From a virus (taxonomy: Duplodnaviria > Heunggongvirae > Uroviricota > Caudoviricetes): 9,558 nucleotides of DNA. The stretch lies in the IMG/VR virus record IMGVR_UViG_2541047429_000025. One strand, given 5' to 3'. A model generated the notes under the pieces. That model had not been told where the DNA came from. It worked only from the letters and a program-made list of their open reading frames with translations, and ran no database searches. Below, piece by piece: positions 6,160 through 9,558 of the stretch. The stretch's first letter is position 1. The number at the start of each line of letters is the position of its first letter. The position numbers were made by a program, and so were the translations under genes.

Positions 6160-6906
6160 ATGAAAAACATTGCGGCAGCCGGGGTTCTTGAACGTATTCG
6201 CAGACTTGCACCACAGGCGTCGGTTCCACCGTACCGGACGGTGGAGGAGTGGCGGGAATGGCAACTTGCTGAAGGACGAAAACGCAGCGAGGAGATTAAC
6301 CGCCAGAATCACCAGTTGCGGGTGGAAAAAATCCTGAATCGTTCGGGCATCCAGCCTCTGCACAGCAAATGCTCGTTTGCGAATTATCAGGTGCAGAACG
6401 ACGGGCAAAAATACGCGCTGAGCCAGGCCAAATCCATAGCTGACGAACTGATGACCGGGTGCACGAATTTTGTGTTCAGCGGTAAAACCGGCACCGGGAA
6501 AAATCACCTTGCAGCGGCGATGGGTAACCGGCTGATGGCGAAGGGGCGCAGCGTGATTATCGTCACCGTGTCTGATGTCATGAGCGTGTTGCATGACAGC
6601 TACGACAACGGCAAATCCGGGGAAAAATTTTTACAGGAGCTTTGCAGTGTTGATTTGCTGGTCCTGGATGAAATAGGCGTTCAGCGGGAGACGAAAAACG
6701 AGCAGGTGGTATTACACCAGATAATTGATCGCCGGACAGCATCACTGTGCAGTGTCGGGATGTTAACAAACCTGAATCATGCCGCAATGAGTACACTTCT
6801 TGGTGAGAGGATTATGGACCGCATGACCATGAACGGTGGTCGATGGGTGACGTTTAACTGGGATAGCTGGCGTCCAAATGTCAGCAATATGAGGGTTGTG
6901 AAGTAA
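6160..6906 (+). CDS. DnaC-like replicative helicase loader, AAA+ ATPase (248 aa)
   Basis: ORF-track ORF with Walker A FSGKTGTGKNHLAAA and Walker B LLVLDEIG; GGGGG 9 nt upstream; starts 6 nt after the initiator stop. Family corresponds to DnaC/IstB-type loaders (YdaV position in Rac). Confidence 0.9.
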   Translation: MKNIAAAGVLERIRRLAPQASVPPYRTVEEWREWQLAEGRKRSEEINRQNHQLRVEKILNRSGIQPLHSKCSFANYQVQNDGQKYALSQAKSIADELMTGCTNFVFSGKTGTGKNHLAAAMGNRLMAKGRSVIIVTVSDVMSVLHDSYDNGKSGEKFLQELCSVDLLVLDEIGVQRETKNEQVVLHQIIDRRTASLCSVGMLTNLNHAAMSTLLGERIMDRMTMNGGRWVTFNWDSWRPNVSNMRVVK

Positions 6907-6927
6907 TTTTGTCCGGAGGAAATTTTA

Positions 6928-7698
6928 ATGGAAACCGTATCTGACGCACTGAAAGCACTGAAAAAAGCCTCTTCACATGTGGTGGCAGCTCGCCTTGGAA
7001 TCAGTCGTGAAGAGGCTGTCAACGAGCTGTGGGAACTCAAAATAAATGGCGTCGTTGATAAAACTGGTCACACCTGGTTTCTGGCTGGCGAAGGTGAATC
7101 CCGGGTAACCGAAGAGCGGCCAGTAAAATCTGAAGCACAGGATATGCTGACCGGGGAGGTCGAACAAAAAGTTACCGCAGACATGATGATTGAGTTTATC
7201 GGTCAGGATGGGGCTAAAACGTGTGAGGAACTGGCGGGTAAGTTCGGTGTCAGTACTCGCAAGGTTGCTTCCACGCTGGCGGTGGTAACCGCAACGGGGC
7301 GGCTGGCACGCGTTAATCAGAACGGTAAATTTCGTTACTGCATGCCGGGCGATAATTTACCAGCAGAGCCGAAAGCCGCGCTGGTAACGGAAAGTGATGG
7401 TAAGGCCTTTCCTCAGCCAGCAGGTGCTGCGTTACCAGTCCGGGAAGCCGCAACACAGGAAGAAATTAAAACAGAAACTGTGGCGGACATTGTGCAGCCG
7501 TTGCCATCGTTTACCGAAACGCAAGCAGATGAGCTGATTTTTCCGTCCCTTCGCAGGGCAAACCTGGCGCTGCGCAGGGCGAAAAGTGATGTTCAGAAGT
7601 GGGAGCGAGTCTGCGCCGCGCTGCGGGAGCTGAACAAGCACCGGGATATTGTTCGACAGATTACTGATTCTTCCCGCCGTGTTGTATCGGAAAAGTGA
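6928..7698 (+). CDS. hypothetical protein with two HTH-like segments (256 aa)
   Basis: ORF-track ORF; GGAGGA 8 nt upstream. Segments VVAARLGISREEAVNELWEL and CEELAGKFGVSTRKVASTLAVV look like tandem HTH/winged-helix units; acidic central region; basic C-terminal helix. Confidence 0.7.
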   Translation: METVSDALKALKKASSHVVAARLGISREEAVNELWELKINGVVDKTGHTWFLAGEGESRVTEERPVKSEAQDMLTGEVEQKVTADMMIEFIGQDGAKTCEELAGKFGVSTRKVASTLAVVTATGRLARVNQNGKFRYCMPGDNLPAEPKAALVTESDGKAFPQPAGAALPVREAATQEEIKTETVADIVQPLPSFTETQADELIFPSLRRANLALRRAKSDVQKWERVCAALRELNKHRDIVRQITDSSRRVVSEK

Positions 7699-7713
7699 TA
7701 GCCGGAGGCGCTT

Positions 7714-8109
7714 ATGGCGAAACCTTTTACACACGAACAGCGTGAAGAACTGAAGGCCCGAATTATCGGGCTGGTACGCAAAAATGAACGCATGACGATA
7801 TCACAACTGGAGAGAGCGACGGGAGCAGGCTGGCATTCAGTCAGACGTTGCCTTGTGGATGTACTGGCTTGTGGCGATTTATACATGCCCGGTAAATACG
7901 GTGTTTTTACATCAGAACAGGTGTATCGCGTATGGCGTAAGGCAGCGGAGAAAGCAACCGACCAGACATTGATTCGAAAGTTACCAGACGGAGAAATACG
8001 CCGCTACGACAGACAACAGAACATAATCTGTGGCGAGTGCCGGAAGAGTGAAGTTATGCTGCGTGTACTGGCGTTCTATCAGGGCAATTTTCAGGAGGCG
8101 GTACTGTGA
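7714..8109 (+). CDS. hypothetical protein with N-terminal HTH-like segment and CGEC motif (131 aa)
   Basis: ORF-track ORF; GGAGG 5 nt upstream of ATG 7714; MTISQLERATGAGWHSVRRCL resembles an HTH; single C-terminal CGEC. Confidence 0.7.
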   Translation: MAKPFTHEQREELKARIIGLVRKNERMTISQLERATGAGWHSVRRCLVDVLACGDLYMPGKYGVFTSEQVYRVWRKAAEKATDQTLIRKLPDGEIRRYDRQQNIICGECRKSEVMLRVLAFYQGNFQEAVL

Positions 8110-8165
8110 GTGAATTAGCTATCAGGCTTCAATTGTCGCTGGCATTCGCATCAAAGGAGAATGAG

Positions 8166-8750
8166 ATGACCACTTTTACAAAAGAGCAGTTAATCAGTCA
8201 TGTTAGTGAAAATGTAAAGGCGATGAAATTTGCAGTAAAACAGACAGCATTCAAAAATTCTCTCGAGGCAATTGAGTTGGATTTAGCACTGGCCCTTGTT
8301 GCTCAGGCTTCGCTGGAAGCAGAGCCCGTGCTTTATATGAATCGATTTACCGGAAAGACATTCTCACTGGAAGAGCAACCCGGTGCTGATAAGGAACCGG
8401 AAATATACGTGCCGCTATATGCTGCCCCGCCAGACAGCGCCGCCATGCTTCAGGCTGGAAACTTTCGGGAAAAAAAGGGTTCGTCAACCAATAATTTTCG
8501 GGAAATCTCGGAAACGTCAACCAACTATCCGGTAACTCTGGATGATTGGATAAGCTGTAGTGAGCGAATGCCGGATGATGGTCAGCACGTAATTATTTTA
8601 TGTGATGGCGCATTCGTTCTTTATGCGCAATATCGAGACGGTGAGTTTTTTGATGTAGTCCGTAATGGTGATGAATTTTTCGAAACACAGAGCCGCAATG
8701 TAACCGACTGGATGCCGCTACCAGAACCGCCGCAGGAGGTGCGCCAATGA
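8166..8750 (+). CDS. hypothetical protein with DUF551-like C-terminal domain (194 aa)
   Basis: Internal ATG 8166 of ORF 8106..8750 with AAGGAGA 5 nt upstream (the GTG at 8106 overlapping the previous stop is the alternative). The C-terminal WISCSERMPDDGQHVIIL...WMPLPEPP resembles the small domain I recall as DUF551 in lambdoid early-region proteins. Confidence 0.7.
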   Translation: MTTFTKEQLISHVSENVKAMKFAVKQTAFKNSLEAIELDLALALVAQASLEAEPVLYMNRFTGKTFSLEEQPGADKEPEIYVPLYAAPPDSAAMLQAGNFREKKGSSTNNFREISETSTNYPVTLDDWISCSERMPDDGQHVIILCDGAFVLYAQYRDGEFFDVVRNGDEFFETQSRNVTDWMPLPEPPQEVRQ

Positions 8751-8830
8751 TCTGGCCTGAAGCCTTTGCAATTACAGGCGTTGCTATAGCTATTGATTTT
8801 TTAGTATATGTTATTTGTCGGTGGGGGTAA
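8747..8830 (+). CDS. tiny hydrophobic ORF (27 aa), speculative
   Basis: ATG 8747 overlaps the stop of the preceding gene (ATGA); MIWPEAFAITGVAIAIDFLVYVICRWG is a single predicted TM helix. No independent RBS; could be chance. Confidence 0.3.
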   Translation: MIWPEAFAITGVAIAIDFLVYVICRWG

Positions 8831-8865
8831 AAACGTTCGCCGGGATTCACACCAAAGGAGGGAAT

Positions 8866-8970
8866 ATGTCGGATGATATTTCACTGGCAATGGAAGGTGC
8901 GCTGGCTGTTATTGCTGTTGTGGGCGTTTACTGCCTGGTTGTGTTTTTGATGGATCGACTAGGGAACTGA
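8866..8970 (+). CDS. small membrane peptide (34 aa)
   Basis: AGGAGG 4 nt upstream of ATG 8866; MSDDISLAMEGALAVIAVVGVYCLVVFLMDRLGN has one TM helix and charged termini. Below the ORF-track cutoff. Confidence 0.45.
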   Translation: MSDDISLAMEGALAVIAVVGVYCLVVFLMDRLGN

Positions 8971-8979
8971 ATTCATTAC

Positions 8980-8999
8980 GATATGGGAATTCCCATATC
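8980..8999. repeat. perfect 20-bp palindrome GATATGGGAATTCCCATATC
   Basis: Exactly self-complementary, centred on GAATTC, 10 nt after the stop of the 34-aa ORF and just upstream of the hok-type locus. Confidence 0.8.
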
Positions 9000-9089
9000 G
9001 GGTAAAAACGGTTTGCGGTAAAGCGAGAGTTAAGTAGAATTGCTGCGGGTGCTTGAGGCTGTCTGCCTCGGGCATGCCACCGTAAGGTA

Positions 9090-9157
9090 GACAGAGAAAA
9101 GCCCCAGTTAACATTACGCGTCCTGCAAGACGCCTAACATTAATCTGAGGCCAATTT
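9090..9157 (-). ncRNA. possible Sok-like antisense RNA (position approximate)
   Basis: Inferred from hok/sok architecture. On the minus strand, TTGCCT (plus 9187..9192) and TAACCT (plus 9164..9169) are spaced 17 nt apart and would start an antisense transcript across the mok start region. No convincing terminator found; boundaries are guesses. Confidence 0.25.
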
Positions 9158-9158
9158 C

Positions 9159-9371
9159 ATGCTAGACACATGTAGGTTAGCCTCTTACGCGCCAAAAGGC
9201 AAGGAGAAGCAGGCTATGAAGCAGCAAAAGGCGATGTTAATCGCCCTGATCGTCATCTGTATTACCGTCATAGTGACGGCACTGGTAACGAGGAAAGACC
9301 TCTGCGAGGTACGAATCCGAACCGGCCAGACGGAGGTCGCTGTCTTCACAGCTTACGAACCTGAGGAGTAA
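9159..9371 (+). CDS. Mok-like N-terminally extended frame of the hok gene (70 aa)
   Basis: ORF-track ORF starting upstream of and in frame with the hok-type toxin; corresponds to the modulation-of-killing frame of chromosomal hok loci. Whether it is translated cannot be told from sequence. Confidence 0.45.
   Translation: MLDTCRLASYAPKGKEKQAMKQQKAMLIALIVICITVIVTALVTRKDLCEVRIRTGQTEVAVFTAYEPEE
9216..9371 (+). CDS. hokD: Hok/Gef-family type I toxin (51 aa), HokD/RelF-like
   Basis: MKQQKAMLIALIVICITVIVTALVTRKDLCEVRIRTGQTEVAVFTAYEPEE carries the Hok/Gef signature (TM helix, LxTRKxLCE, GxxEVAxFxAYE). Symbol is from recalled similarity to HokD/RelF and Gef, and from Qin-like context. Confidence 0.85.
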   Translation: MKQQKAMLIALIVICITVIVTALVTRKDLCEVRIRTGQTEVAVFTAYEPEE

Positions 9372-9439
9372 GAGACCTGGCGGGGGAGAAATCCCTCGCC
9401 ACCTCTGATGAATCAGGCATCCTCAACGCACCCGCACTT

Positions 9440-9467
9440 AACCCGCTTCGGCGGGTTTTGTTTTTTT
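9440..9467 (+). terminator. intrinsic terminator of the hok transcript
   Basis: AACCCGC-uucg-GCGGGUU hairpin followed by UUGUUUUUUU. Confidence 0.7.
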
Positions 9468-9558
9468 CCTGGCATTCTGGTTTTACAATTCGCACGCCAG
9501 CCTGAACAACTGGCACCTGCTGCGCCAGCAGAGACAACCGATGGCGCACGATACCAAA

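Noticed and set aside
5725-6594. 289-aa minus-strand ORF, the second-longest in the ORF track
   Set aside because: Antisense to and spanning the junction of the initiator and DnaC-like genes, both well supported; translation is Arg/Pro/His-rich and low complexity. Typical antisense artefact of GC-rich coding DNA.
9346-9549. 67-aa minus-strand ORF antisense to the hok 3' region
   Set aside because: Sok-type antisense RNAs are noncoding and pair with the 5' leader, not the 3' end; Arg/Ser/Pro-rich translation; covers the terminator hairpin.
9541-9558. ATG at 9541 opening a frame (MAHDTK) at the right edge
   Set aside because: Only six codons are visible and there is no clear RBS; cannot be supported from this window.
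1-9558. Prophage ends, integrase or att sites
   Set aside because: No integrase-like ORF or recognisable att repeat; the window appears to lie wholly inside the prophage, so insertion boundaries cannot be assessed.

Overview
This window reads as the immunity/early region of a Qin/Rac-type lambdoid prophage from an E. coli-like enterobacterium. I did not find an undescribed system that I can defend; most of the content matches known prophage modules, and the most unusual items are listed as findings. All family assignments come from reading the translated ORFs and from recalled family signatures; no database search was run.

Leftward (minus-strand) operon, in transcription order:
- a DicA/CI-like HTH repressor (3531..3130), co-transcribed with a 63-aa antitoxin and a ParE/RelE-type toxin (a PaaR-PaaA-ParE-like three-gene module), ending at an intrinsic terminator;
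- a second promoter/operator module, then a ydfA-like gene, a tiny acidic ORF, and a gene broken by a -1 frame change at an A7 run;
- a DicF-like sRNA, dicB, a ydfD-like small membrane protein, and one more gene cut by the window edge.

Rightward (plus-strand) operon:
- Cro/YdaS-like and CII/YdaT-like regulators and a hypothetical protein;
- a replication initiator whose coding sequence contains iteron-like 11-bp repeats, a GAACAG hexamer array and an A-rich tract (putative origin);
- a DnaC-like helicase loader and three uncharacterised proteins;
- two tiny hydrophobic ORFs, a perfect 20-bp palindrome, and a hok/gef-type type I toxin locus with its terminator.

One plus-strand zinc-ribbon gene (1288..1473) sits antisense inside the leftward operon. 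No rRNA, tRNA, CRISPR array, integrase or transposase was seen.
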